NCBI GenBank assembly: GCA_030390025.1
Contig: CM059433.1
Location: 434,001 to 498,000, forward strand
Length of the DNA: 64,000 nt
Origin: Squalus acanthias
Taxonomy: Eukaryota
Direction: 5' to 3'
Position 1 is the stretch's first letter; each line of letters begins with the position of its first letter. The notes beneath the pieces were generated by a model that saw only the letters and a program-made list of their open reading frames with translations, ran no database searches and was not told the origin of the DNA. A program made the position numbers and the translations under genes. Shown here one piece after another: positions 48,790 through 61,501 of the stretch.

Positions 48790-49080
48790 AAAAGATTTGC
48801 ATTTATATAGCGCCTTTCACAACCACTGGACGTCCCAAAGCGCTTTACAGCCAATGGAGTACTTTTTGACATGCAGTCACTGTTGTAATGTAGGAAACGT
48901 GGCAGTCAATGACGACCAGATAATCTGTTTTTGTGATGTTGATTGAGGTATAAATATTGGCTCGGACACTGGGGATAATTCCCCTGGTCGTCTTCAAAAT
49001 AGTGCCATAGGATCTTTTATGTCCACCTGAGAGGGCAGACGGGGCGGGGCCTCTGTTTAACGTCTCATCCGAAAGATGGA
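48790..49080 (-). mobile_element. 5'-truncated DeuSINE flanked by a 47-bp direct duplication
   Basis: Deu-domain motif (reverse complement ctttcggatgagacgttaaac). Flanks 48736-48782 and 49081-49127 differ at 4 positions. Confidence 0.85.
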
Positions 49081-50631
49081 TTCCATTCCTCAACATTAAC
49101 ATGTCTCACCTCGAGTATGAGAATTTGCCAAAAAAGATGTGTACTTAAGGGGGAAGGAAAACCTTGTATATGAGCTTATAATGACATGTACAAATAGGTT
49201 AGATGGATGGTTGAAGAAAAAGGAGATGAAAGGCTATGGGAACAGGGTGGGCATTAACCCTGCTACTTGTGTGCAGGATAAACACCAATAAGGACTGGTT
49301 GGGCTAAATGGCCTGTGTCCGTGTTGTAATTTCTGCGTAATGTAACTTCTATACTGCACTTTCTTAGCCCAGCTGCATGTTTTTCTACTTTGGTGCTGTA
49401 AGCTCAGTGATAGGGTTCAACTTCTAAACCGGTTACTGTAATTGTCGTAATATACTGTTATGGATAAAGGGATGTTTGCTTTGTGTCTGAATTTCAACTG
49501 AATGTTTTTCTTCCACTCTTGTAACTGTCTGCAGTTACCTGTGCCAGTTTTGAAGTAGGAGTACATGATACATGCACTAGGCAATACTGCTGTCTAAGAT
49601 ATAATCTATGACCTAAAGCATGAGTCAATGTATATCTCCATTAATAAATTCCTACAGTCATTTGGATCCTTTTACATTAAAATGCTAATTTTTTTGTTTC
49701 TTCGGCAATTTTCTCCCTTCCTTGAGGCTTTGAATCCTTGCTTGAGCAGAGTTCCACGGGTGCCAGACACACTCGTCAGCCAAATGACCATCATTCCTTG
49801 GGAGGTCAGATCATAAATGTGGCAGATATTCAACCACAGGAAGCATCACAGTTGAGTCAGATCGTGTCTTTACTTGACATCCACACATGTATATTTCCGC
49901 AGGTGTCAAGTGCAAAAGCTTTGGCAACTTTCCCCTCTCTAGCTAATGGATCCTGAGTCCAGTTGCTGCTCTCTTACTTGTCTGAGATCAGCTAACTCAG
50001 CACAGACTCTTTAAAGATAAATTCCAACACAGGTTTAGTGAGACGGTAGAATCCAATTTTGTGCATATAATTCATATGAAGGTGAGGTTCTAATCTCAGC
50101 CAGGCTTCTCGCAGAGAGGTACTTCAGAGACTGGTTATTTCCCTAGGGATAATTACAGTGTCCATCCAGGCTGCTGTCGAACATCTTCTACTGGTCGGAT
50201 AGAGTGGAACATTGGGAGAGTAATGAGAACAGATTGGTTATCATTCATCTCTATTGGGGTGGTACATGCTGTCTTGGAAATCCAAAAAGTAGGGAGAAAA
50301 TAACTAGAAAAGGTGGAATAGGGAAATGATTACCAGATAGTGCCAGCTATAAGTGATTTCATGCAACCAGTTCACTGGTGACATACTTACTAGTTTGTTG
50401 CATTTGTTATTTTCACTTCAGATAGTTTCAAATAAAGAACACCCTTCAAGCCATTTGAACTAATCTTTCTAGAATACCAATTGTACCATTTTTCCATTAC
50501 AGGATCAAGTGTCTTGGCTTCAACCAACATCCTGTCAACCCATTCCAGCTGTTGATCACACTCTATTTAAAAAAAATACTTCCTGGTGTCTGTTCTAAAC
50601 GTACTGTTCACAACCTTGAACCGATGCCCTG

Positions 50632-50880
50632 TACCACCATTGGTGGCCATGCCTTCAGCTCTCTAGGCCCTAAGCTCTGGAATTCTCTTCCTAAACCTCT
50701 CCACCTCTCGCTCCTTTTAAGAGGCTCCTTAAAACCTACCTCTTTGATCAAGCTTTTAATCACCTGTCCTAATCTCTCCTTTTTTCGGTGCCAATTTTTG
50801 TCTGATTATGCTCCTGTGAAGCACCTTGGGACATTTTCCTATGGTAAAGCCGCTATATAAATGCAAATGTTTGTCGTCGT
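50632..50880 (+). mobile_element. L2 3' end
   Basis: [11 protein letters not shown] and the tail gtgaagcaccttgggac..gctatataaatgcaa. Confidence 0.85.
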
Positions 50881-52364
50881 TGTACTTTGTTATATCTGAA
50901 AGTACTATTCCAGATTTTAGTTTCTCTGTCTCTCTTACTGTCTTTTATTCCTCTGAAACGTCTTCTTTGAGACTTCATTTTTGAGGCTGAAGAGCCCCAG
51001 CTTATCACTAGCAGGGCATCCACCTTGTTGCTGTCCTCTGCACTTGGATAGTCTAAAACCTGGATGTCCTTCTTATGTTGTGGCAATCAGAACTGTACAC
51101 AGTACTGCAGGTGCAGCCTGACCAAAGGACTGTACAGTTCACAATGACTTATTCGTGGGAGTACCATCACCACAAAGACTGCAGCGGTTTAAATAGAAGG
51201 CTCACCACCTCCTTCTCAGGGCAACTAGGGTTGGGCAATAAATGTGGCTTTGCCCACATCCTGAGAACAAATTAAAAAAAATAAAATTCTTGAAATTCGA
51301 CATCAATTAATTTGGCAATAGAACCCAGCATCCTGTTTGATGTTACATTCGGTAACTTTTTGAGGTTTTAGCAGGATATTCTCTATTTTTTGCTTTCATT
51401 TTCATAATCCTTTTCTGAGGTTCAGATACAGGTGTAGGGACCACATTTTTATTTATTCGAAAAAATGAAAGGCTCTTCTGTCTGCTAGCTTTAAGACTTT
51501 TACATAAAAACTATTTGCCAGTCTCACTCAGTTGCTAAGTGAACTTGGGTCTCCAGCACAAAATTGCTCCTATTTGGCACTAAACTGGAAGTTTCACTCG
51601 AGGACAACTCGTGGAATGAATGGAAAATTTCGTATTGTAGTGCAGTAGGACATACTCTTTTAAAATTTGGGGCTAATGTTTATAGCTGGAGTGAAATAGA
51701 TGGAACTAACAGTGTTATACCTAACATGGGAATGCTTGTTGTTAATAGGAGATGTTCAAAGAGGAAAATTTTTCCATTTTCAGTACTAACACCCCCCACA
51801 ATGAGCACAGAAAATTACCAAGCCTTGAAAAGCACAAGCTGATTGCCAAGCAGACAATTTGCTGTTCCTGCAGAGTTACTTTGCAGACAATTTGCACTTT
51901 ACACAATTCAAATGTAGTCTAACAAATCAAAGCTACATATTTTGAGGCTTTGATGTAATAGAGTCAGTATCTAACATGTGGAAGGGCTAGGATTTTATAT
52001 TTGGTTTGTAGATGGACAGGAAGGAGAATTGTCAGCTTTAAAGAACTTACAAATCAGTACTTCAGAGAATTGACGTCCAGTTTATTCTTAGTTCTGTTTC
52101 AAATTCTTGCACTTTAAAGCAATTATAAGATTTTCTTCTTATTATTTTCCTTTCAGCTGCTATATAGAGCAACACCCATTAAGCATTGTAGGAAAATTAA
52201 ACTCCATAGCAACTAACATTACTATAGACTGCATTTAGCTCTAACATTGCAGGTCAACAATCCCTTTTAAGGACACCATATTTATTTCTGCCCCATTACA
52301 GTCAAGTAAGAAAGAGACTTTGTGTTCCTTTCTCACCTGAATTCTGGAGTTTTGCTTCTGCATT

Positions 52365-52723
52365 GGGCTGGATTTTGCGGTCAGTGGCGATGGCGCAGTT
52401 TGTTACACTTACACTTACCCATAGACTTTTTATGGGCTTTTGCACTGGAAGTTCCCGTCAGCCAACTATTGAAAAAGCGCGGCGCCCTCTACAGGGCATC
52501 TGGGTCCTGTGTGAACATGGCAAGCAACTGTGTATCTCCTTAACCAATTAGATTGAAGAATTCTTAATCAGCAGCACAGTTTGAATCAGGAAGTGTAAGT
52601 TAGAATATTTAATTCAATGTAAACTCTCTAAGATAGCAACTTCCTGATTTACGCATTTAACTGCGTATGTGCGGTCGCTGGAAGTTGCTGTCTAATTTAC
52701 ATTTCTATTGCAAAATCTGGCCC
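52365..52723. mobile_element. Harbinger-like MITE
   Basis: TIRs gggctggattttgc / gcaaaatctggccc; same terminal motif as the 17652 family but a different interior. Confidence 0.7.
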
Positions 52724-52879
52724 AATGAACATGCTATTCTGTCCTGATTCTAGGACTAAACTAGCTACACAAAATTTTTGTTTCTTATTCTGCATTTGTG
52801 CAGTGGGGTATATTGTCGTAGTCAACAGCATCATCTGCAGCTGAAACTGGTGTACAAATGGGCTGTACAAAAGAGAAGA

Positions 52880-53260
52880 AAGAACTTGCATTTACAGAAC
52901 GGTTTTCACATCACCAGGAGGTCCCAAAATGCTTCATAGCCAATTAATTGCTTTTGAAATGTAGTCACAGTTTTGGAAGCAAACCCAGCAGCCAATTTGC
53001 ACTCAGCAAGGTCCCAAAAATAGCAAATGAGATAAGTGTCCGGTTAATCTGTTTTGATGCAGTTGATTGAGAGTTAAGTGTTGGCCAGGGCACCGGGAGA
53101 ACTCCCCTTCTCTTTGGATAGTGCTATGGGATCTTCTAAATCCACCTGAACAGGAAAACAAAGTCTTGGTTAATGTCCCATCCAAAAGACGCTGATTCCA
53201 ACAATGCTGTGCTCACTACACTAAACTGTCGGCTTAGATTATGCACTCAAGTCTTGTAGT
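52880..53260 (-). mobile_element. Degraded DeuSINE
   Basis: Collinear similarity to 61040-61430. Confidence 0.7.
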
Positions 53261-54099
53261 CACTAAGTCAACCATTTTGACCACTTGCTTGGGCAGATGA
53301 CTTGGCGAGGTTCTACCCTGTATTGCCCTATTCTTAAGTATACATTTTAAATAAGTTGCTTTGTGGTATAACATACTTTTTATATCGAGGATGTTTAAAC
53401 TGCGTCCGTGGCCCGAGGCCTTGCAATCTGGTTCTTGAAGCCAGTCAACTCAATTCTATTTGTGGTTATCCTTGGTTTCAACTGTTTGAATTTTGTGGGC
53501 CAAGAGGTTGTTTTGCCTCATTGGTGATCAAGTGCTAAATCAGAATACCTAGATCTGTTTGTATCAGCAGCTTCAGATATTTGCAAATTAATGGGAACAT
53601 GTATTTAAACTCCATGGAGCTAATAATGTTCCCTGCGCACAGCACTGCTGACCAGGTATTGAGGTCAGCTCATTTGCATAATTTTCAGGTGCGCTGAGCA
53701 TATTGCTTGTGATATGCTGGGAGTGCTAGGCTGCAATGTTGGGTGCCAGCAATCAGTGAAGTCAATTTTCTGACATGGGTGTGAGGGGACATGGGGCAGT
53801 AGTGCTGGGAGATGCGCTGGTTGGCGGATTTTTCTTTTTCCCTCCAAACAATTCCACCATTCCGCTGTGTGGTTGGAGCACTGACCAGATGCTCCAGCAA
53901 TGTTATGGGTGGGCAACCTAATTTGCATCGAAGTCAGTGGCCCATACTCCCAGCCCCCCTTGTGCCTTGCTGCCCACATGCTGGGCACCTCCGTTACATC
54001 GCATCTGATAATACAGAGAGCAGGTGTAACATACTAAAGTGCATCCAGCACCCATCGTCATACATTATTCAACTAATATGTGCTCCAAAGCTTCACTAT

Positions 54100-54470
54100 G
54101 CTCACTTATGTAAACCACATCTAAAAGCATGGACATCCCTCTTCTAGATCAGAGAAACAGTAGTAATGAAGTCCTGGGCATCAGACCTAGCCAGCCCCCT
54201 TGCCAAGCTATTCCAGTGCAGCTATCACACTGGCATCTTCCCAAAAACGTGGAAAATTCATCCACAAAGTACAGGCCAAATCTAATCTGGCTATTTAGCA
54301 CCCTATCCGTATCCTCAACTATCAGAAAGTAATGGAAGAAATCCTCAATTGTGCCATCAACTGACCGCAACTTATCAATAAGCACCTTGTTGATGCTCAG
54401 TTTGAGAAGAACCATCCTGCTCCAGATCTCCGCTTTGATCCAGATATGGATGCAAGAGCTGAATGTTTTC
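54100..54470 (+). mobile_element. Degraded RT fragment of another CR1/L2-group LINE
   Basis: LAKLFQCSY..GIFP..WK-like remnant; related pieces near 51170-51280 and 59820-59915. Confidence 0.5.
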
Positions 54471-57059
54471 ACTCTTATGACTTTATAATGCTATTTCAGT
54501 ATTTTTTGGGGAATAAAAAAAGCCCTGATCAAAATTGTTTTTCATTGCCCCCTTTGAAAACCTGTTACACATTTTAAAGTATTTTCTGAGAAGTAGTGTA
54601 ACACAGCTTCCTTTGTGAATCTTGATGATAACACAATTTTGGCCATCATGTCTATTAACCATACCGTCTCACTTGTGGATTATATATATATGAGATAAAA
54701 CTGTTGACCATGTTGGTTGTTAGACATATTGCCTTGGGGTCCCATGCGGTTTGTTGTCTTGTATTTCCGAGTTTGATTACTGTGCATATAGGTCCTTGCA
54801 GTGTTATTTACATTAACATGATTTATAGTGAAACCTGAACAAGTAATAAAAAGTAAAACTCATTGTCCCCTCCCCCCCCTCCCCCCATGCTGTGTTATCT
54901 AAATCTTAATACTGCACCTAGCAGAATTTGATTATTTGAGTAAATTTGCTTTTGTGTAATTGCACAGAATGCCTTGAACAGTAAAGTACAGTTTTAACTA
55001 TCATTAATATGTATAAATATGTAATGCATTGCACATGCAATGATAACAGTACCATAAGGGTAATTTTCCAACATTGAGCTTCTGGTGGAGAGCCTCCCCT
55101 GTCAAGAGTGCATGTCAGAAATTTGGGCAAGCATTGCCTACAATTTTCCAAACATTTTAAAAAATTGAACCTTATCTATAAACTGGGATATGTGTAATGT
55201 GGATTTGCTGTGTTGAAGTAAACAGCATTAGAAACTTCTTACCATGACAAAAACATTCTCAAATATTCGGAGATATTTGGAAGGAATACTGGTGTGGAAA
55301 CTGAAACCCCTCTGGAGAGATCTTGAGCATTTTGCCAAATGTATTAAAGCCTGTGAAAAATTGTATCTATGCTCTTGACTTTCTGTTGCCTTATGTTTAT
55401 CTTAACTCTCTGAGTCTTAGTCTATCTGCAATAATGGAGAGATTTAAGTTGGCCAGCAGCAGGCAATTAAAAATAAAAAGTGTGCACGCAAGTGCTTTTG
55501 AGGCAAACGAGATTTGTACTTTAGTGCCTAATAGTGTTTGTTGAAAGAGATTTTCGTTTTTTCAGTGCTGTAGATTTAGAAAATATGTCAAAAGGTCTTT
55601 ATTGCTGGTGGCTTGAGGTCCATCTGAAATGTACAAAAAAAGTTCTCACAATGGTGCATGTACTTGTTAGGGCCCACATTTCATTTCGTACCTTCAGAAA
55701 GTTCACGTGTTGGCTCAGGTCGGTGTGTCAATGTAGTAAAACCAGTGGTGCACATCTGCTCTTAATCATGTCTTTTTTGAGTGAGCCAGTAAAATCTTGT
55801 ACAGCTTTGTAGTAACAGTCATCTTATTATGGAGACCACATGTGAATTAATCCTCAAAGAGCACATTGAGCTTCATGCAGAGAATGCCTTCCAGTGAATT
55901 GGACAATAATCTGACCCGAGACGTGAAGAACAAGTAAGGGTGGGGAAGAAGAAAATGTGTTTAATTTTTTTCTTCTATGATACAGCACAAAGGTTACAAA
56001 TTACAATAATAGACAGCTTAGTATGTAGTCAGATAATGTGTTTTCAACTTATTTGGTTACCCAAGGTGCATGATGCCAGTGCACATCTGCTGTCCAAAAG
56101 AAAACCAAAGGCTTACAATACAAAGCATAATACTGCGTTCTCAGTCGCGCAATAATCATGGCCACAGATTTGCAATTGGAATTCAATCCTCAAATTAGCG
56201 GTTAAGATCCTAGAATCCAATGTAATAAAAACAGAATTTGACTTATCCAAGCAGCACAAATTAATGGCTAGAACAGTAATCTATAACATAGTCTTTAAAT
56301 TTGCTTTTCTAAATTCATATTATTGAAAGGATTTCTTATATACATGCAAATCTATACAGCAAAATGTTGTCTGTAAATCCTATAGCCTGACAATATATCT
56401 GATCACATGCAGCCATTTAAAGCCTGAAGGGCTTACTTAGAGTTTCGAAATGTTCATAATTTTTACCTGGTGAGGTGCAGCAAAGTTTGCAATTTTCTCC
56501 CCCACATCACCAATTTAAAAAAAAAACTACTAAAGGTATTACCTGTTAATCTGCCTGCAGCCAATTTTTCCTCAAGCCCGGTACCGTCTCTTAATGTGCT
56601 GAATTTCTGTGTATTATTACATGCCTCAATAAACCCTGACCACTTTGATTGTCCAGTTGACTAAAATGCAGGGATTTCCTTATTGGTGCATATGTTTATA
56701 ATGTTTCGGCTGGGAGCATTTGCTTTCCCGTTTGATGCCATCTTCAAAAGTAAAAAAAAATTGAATTCTAAACTCATAATATTATAACTGTATTTCCAGA
56801 AGATGGTTTATATAATCTTGTATTTGTCTAAGAACTCAAATCCAAGTTGAGTACATGTTTGACCTATTGTGTGTGGTGGGTGATTTCTTGCTCCTTTTAT
56901 AGGGTGCTGGGCCGGTGCAACGTTCCTTGACATCACTGACCCAAACTACTTCCTGACTGACATAAGCTCTTTTTTAAGCAGCAGATTTATAAGGTGCCTT
57001 TAACAGCACTGTGGGACTGTGTGTATCAGTTCAAGGCCATCTCTCTTTCTGTATCTGAG

Positions 57060-57420
57060 AGAAAAACTTGTATTTATATAGCACCTTATTATGTCTATCA
57101 GAAATGTCTCAAAGAACTTCACGTACAATTAATTATTTTAAAGCACTGTGACTGTTAAGTAGACAAACCGGCAGTTGTTTTGTAAACCCTACAAACAACA
57201 CTGAAATGAAAGACCAGTTAAAATGTTTCTGATGATATTGGCTGAGGGAGTATTGTTGACCGGAAGATTGGAAGAGTTATCTGCTCTTTAAGTAGCCACA
57301 TGGAATCTTTAATGCCCACCTAAATCATCAGAGCAGGCAGAGAAGGGAAGGCCTAGATTATATGCTCAAGTCTTGGAGTGGAGTTTCATTCCATAACATT
57401 CTGACTCAGAAGCAAGAGTG
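57060..57420 (-). mobile_element. Degraded DeuSINE
   Basis: acttgtatttatatagcacctt tail and ttctgactcaga head remnant, collinear with 61040-61500. Confidence 0.6.
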
Positions 57421-58153
57421 AAATGTGAGAAAACATTGAGCTATGCCTCATGTGAACCAAGTGTGAAAGAACATACAGCTGGAAATGCAACAAACCAGAT
57501 GTGGTTCATTTCAAATGGTCTGTTACTGGCTGGGGATTGTTTATACAGAAGCAAATATTTAAAGTGACAGTCTGTTGCCTGTTACATGCTAAAATTCAGC
57601 CCTTTAGTAAGTTCAAAAGTAGGCTACCAATAAAAAATAAAAATACTGCAAACCTAGAACATTTACAGGAGGGTAACTTATGGGCTATATATATTTAATG
57701 TTGAAGCCCATTTCTACTAATATTGTGCTGTTGGTGTAATTTGATGCATGTTTGGGTCCAGTGAGAGCACCTTCTCCAGAACAGTAAATGGAGTTTCTCA
57801 CTTTTATTTTGTAGCAATATTGCCCAGAATGCCTGATCAATTGCAGAGAACTGCACTAAAGAAGCAGCTGTCAGTGCCTTTGAAGATTGTTTGTACAAGT
57901 ACTATGTTAGTTAATGCTACTTAAAGAAAATAATAAATTGAGGTGTCTGTGAAAGTAAAGTTGACTTATGATGCCTAGAGTCTGAGTCATTCAGAGGGAT
58001 TTATAGAGCATTTAGAGGTTATTTACTTTTGGCGATTCAATATAGTTAGGACTCACTTGATATTGTACTGTCTATTAATAACCCTGAAGGACTTTATAAA
58101 GAGTAACTGAAACCTTGCACGTAAAAGAAAAATTCTGATTTTCTTTCTTTCAT

Positions 58154-58562
58154 TAGTGTACTGTAATAGGCTCTATATTGTAAGTGCAGATTGTATTCTA
58201 TGTACTGTAACAGGCTCTATATTGTAAGTGCAGATTGTATTCTAGTGTACTGTAATAGGCTCTATATTGTAAGTGCAGATTGTATTCTAGTGTACTGTAA
58301 TAGGCTCTATATTGTAAGTGCAGATTGTATTCTAGTGTACTGTACTGTAATAGGCTCTATATTGTAAGTGCAGATTGTATTCTATGTACTGTAATAGGCT
58401 CTATATTGTAAGTGCATATTGTATTCTAGTGTACTGTAATAGGCTCTATATTGTAAGTGCAGATTGTATTCTATGTACTGTAATAGGCTCTATATTGTAA
58501 GTGCAGATTGTATTCTAGTGTACTGTAATAGGCTCTATATTGTAAGTGCAGATTGTATTCTA
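58154..58562. repeat. 44/45-bp minisatellite, about 9 copies
   Basis: Unit ta(g)tgtactgtaataggctctatattgtaagtgcagattgtattc. Confidence 0.95.
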
Positions 58563-58641
58563 TGCAGATTCATTTTAACATGTAATAGTGTTGATTTAGG
58601 AATGAAAGGTGCTATTTTTGAACGTGTTCTAATTATATTCA

Positions 58642-58847
58642 TGCTGCGGAGATGCCGGTGTTGGACTGGGGTGGACAAAAATGAGAAGTCGCACAACACC
58701 AGGTTATAGTCCAACAGATTTATTTAAAATTACAAGCTTTCGGAGCGCTGCTCCTTCGTCAGGTTACCTGACGAAGGGGCAACAGCTCCGAAAGCTTGTA
58801 ATTTTAAATAAATCTGTTGGACTATAACCTGGTGTTGTGCGACTTCT
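58642..58847. mobile_element. Palindromic Penelope-type pseudo-LTR insertion (inverted pair) with 15-bp TSD
   Basis: Arms 58684-58763 and 58766-58847 are near-perfect reverse complements; ttctaattatattca occurs at 58627-41 and 58844-58. Confidence 0.85.
58764..58801 (+). ncRNA. Minimal type-I hammerhead ribozyme motif (mirror copy on the minus strand at about 58729-58766)
   Basis: ttac-ctgacga-aggggcaacagctcc-gaaa-gctt-gtaa: stem I, CUGANGA, stem II, GAAA and palindromic helix III. Confidence 0.7.
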
Positions 58848-60069
58848 AATTATATTCAGTACACAGGTTGATGCTTATTTAAGAAGAATTGACTGGTTGA
58901 ATTTATTGTACAAATATTTGAATATATGTTGGCATTCCATTATAAAGATATCAAGTGTCTTGTTTCAAGGTTAAAGACTGAATTTTTCTAACCTTTCCTC
59001 GTAACTTGGTCTTCTGACGTAAGGGAGCAGCCTTGTGACCCCTTCTCTGCACTGCAGTATTCAGAGTACAGTCTGATCACAGCACTGTACAGCTCCAACA
59101 TAACTACTACTTCACTAATCTGACAATTGTCTACTTCTCTTAATTCAAAGTCGTTTCATTCAAATGATCCGATAATTTCAATTTTAGCACTAAATTCCTT
59201 GCTTTGTTTTACGTTACTTAATTCATATTATTGGATATTTCAAAAATTTGTAGTGCACAAAACAACTTTGAATCATCAGTAGACTATTTAGCTCTGCATT
59301 TTGTTTGCTTTGCTGATTGCTTGCTGCTCTGCAGTGACTGGATGAGGCAAGTGTTGAGTATATTAGCTTTCCCAGATCCCCCTGCCCTCTTCCCTAGCTA
59401 GTCCTACACCGTGTATGTCCCTCATATTTTCTTCTAATGTGTCACACCTTGAACTTGCCTCTTAATAAGCAGGCCTGCCAAAATAGATTAAAAAAATCTT
59501 TGGTTTTTATAAACCTGGTGATTATAAACCTCGTTTTAGAATCTGTTTTGTATGATGCACTCCGCCCTTTTGTAATTCATTAAAAGTACTCATCAGTCTG
59601 TTACTTCCTGCCAGCTGCTTTTTCATAAAGGTTCTTGTGCAAAGACAGCATACAGTGCACTACTTATGGTTTTCTTGATACAATTTTTGTTAGTCAGCTG
59701 GGTGTCTGCACCTGCAGGAACCTGTCACCATGTTTCAGTCTCCCATCAAGCTACTAAGAAATCTCCGCCCACCTGCATTGTTTCTTTTTGCTCAGTATGG
59801 AGTGCACACTTACCCAATTACAGAGAACCTCAGCGCAGGCTGACAAGTGGCAGGTAACATTTGAGCCACGTAAGTGCCAGGCACTGATCATAAACAAGGA
59901 AAGGCCTAACCACAGTGACTTATGTCGAAGTTCACCCAAACTTTTTAAGGTGCAATGTCTAATGATTTACCGTGTGGTGATTTTATTGTCAGTTGAGCTT
60001 TTTGAAACAAAATGAAATCCAGTTATTGTCACTGTGACTGATGAAATTGACAGTGTTAGGAGCCATTGT

Positions 60070-60503
60070 AATCATAGAATCATGGAATGGTTACAGCACA
60101 GTAGGAGGCCATTTGGCTGTCGAGCCTGTGCCGGCTCTCTACAAGAGCACTTCAGCTAGTCCCACTCCCCTGCCCTTTCCCCGTAGCCCTGCAAATTTTT
60201 TTCCTTCAGGTACTTATCCAATTCCCTTTTGAAACCCACGATTGAGTCTGCCTCCACCACCCTTTCAGGCAGTGCATTCCTGATCATAACCACTCGCTGC
60301 GTAAAATTTTTTTCCTCATGTCGCCTTTGGTTCTTTTGCCAATCACCTTAAATCTGTGTCCTCTGGTTCTCGACCCTTCCGCCAATGGGAACAGTTTCTC
60401 TCTATCTACTCTGTCTAGACCCCTCATGATTTTGAACACCTCTATCAAATCTCCTCTCAATCTTCTCTGCTCACCTCAGCTTCTCCAGTCTATCCACGTA
60501 ACT
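60070..60503 (-). mobile_element. CR1 3' fragment
   Basis: Same family as 40447-41379. Confidence 0.88.
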
Positions 60504-61039
60504 AATGCACTTTCTTGTTAACATGCCATACTATAGTACAGTATGACTCTTGTATGGAGCATTGTCATACTGTACTACAGGGTTAACTAATACTAATCTT
60601 TTATAATTGTACTGTGAGTATTCTTATAAAATTTAATTTTTAATAAAATTTGCCCCATTTGGTAGTGATAGTAAAATATTTTACTTTGTTGTAAAATGAT
60701 CCTCTGCCTGTCAAATGAGGCACATTTGCATGAAAAATACTGAACATCATAATTACATTTGGTGGCAATAATTGAAGATGGGAATATGAACAGCAGAGCT
60801 CTGATTGGGCAGTTTTCCTAGGAGAAGCCGAGGGGTGGGATGGAGGGGAAGCACTTGAGGCTTTGATAGTATAAGCCACTTGAGTTTCAGTATCTTTAAA
60901 TTTTTGTTTGGGCAATGTAGTATACTTCCAGACATCTTTACTGCTTATTGTACATCTGAAGATCTACTGTGCTCATCAGCTACAGTTCTTGTTGTCCTCT
61001 CTTCTACAGCTTCACCTGTGCCCAATATAATAAAGGAAA

Positions 61040-61501
61040 AAAAAGACTTGCATTTATATAGTGCCTTTCACGACCACCGGACGTGTCAAAGCGCTTTATA
61101 GCCAATGAAGTACTTTTTTTGAAGTGGAGTCACTGTTGTAATGTGGGAAACGCGGCAGCCAGTTTGCGCACAGCAAGGTCCCACAAACAGCAATGTGATA
61201 ATGACCAGATAATCTGTTTTTGTTATGTTGATTGAGGGATAAATATTGGCCAGGACACCGGGGATAACTCCCCTGCTCCTCTTCAAAATAGTGCCATGGG
61301 AACTTTTACGTCCACCTGAGAGATCAGACGGGGCCTAGGTTTAACGTCTCATCCGAAAGACGGCACCTCCGACAGTGCAGCGCTCCCTCAGCACTGCACT
61401 GGAGTGTCAGCCTAGCTTTTTTATGTGTTCGAGTCCCTGGTTGAACCCACAACCTTCTGACTCCGAGGCGTGTGTGCTACCAACTGAGCCACAGCTGACA
61501 C
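61040..61501 (-). mobile_element. Full-length tRNA-derived DeuSINE (SacSINE1-like)
   Basis: Minus strand: A-box tggctcagttgg, B-box ggttcaacc, Deu core gtctttcggatgagacgttaaacc..cccatggcact..ccccggtgtcctggccaa, and an L2-like tail. Confidence 0.85.

Noticed and set aside
61430..61500. tRNA gene
   Set aside because: The A/B boxes belong to the SINE head; there is no complete cloverleaf.
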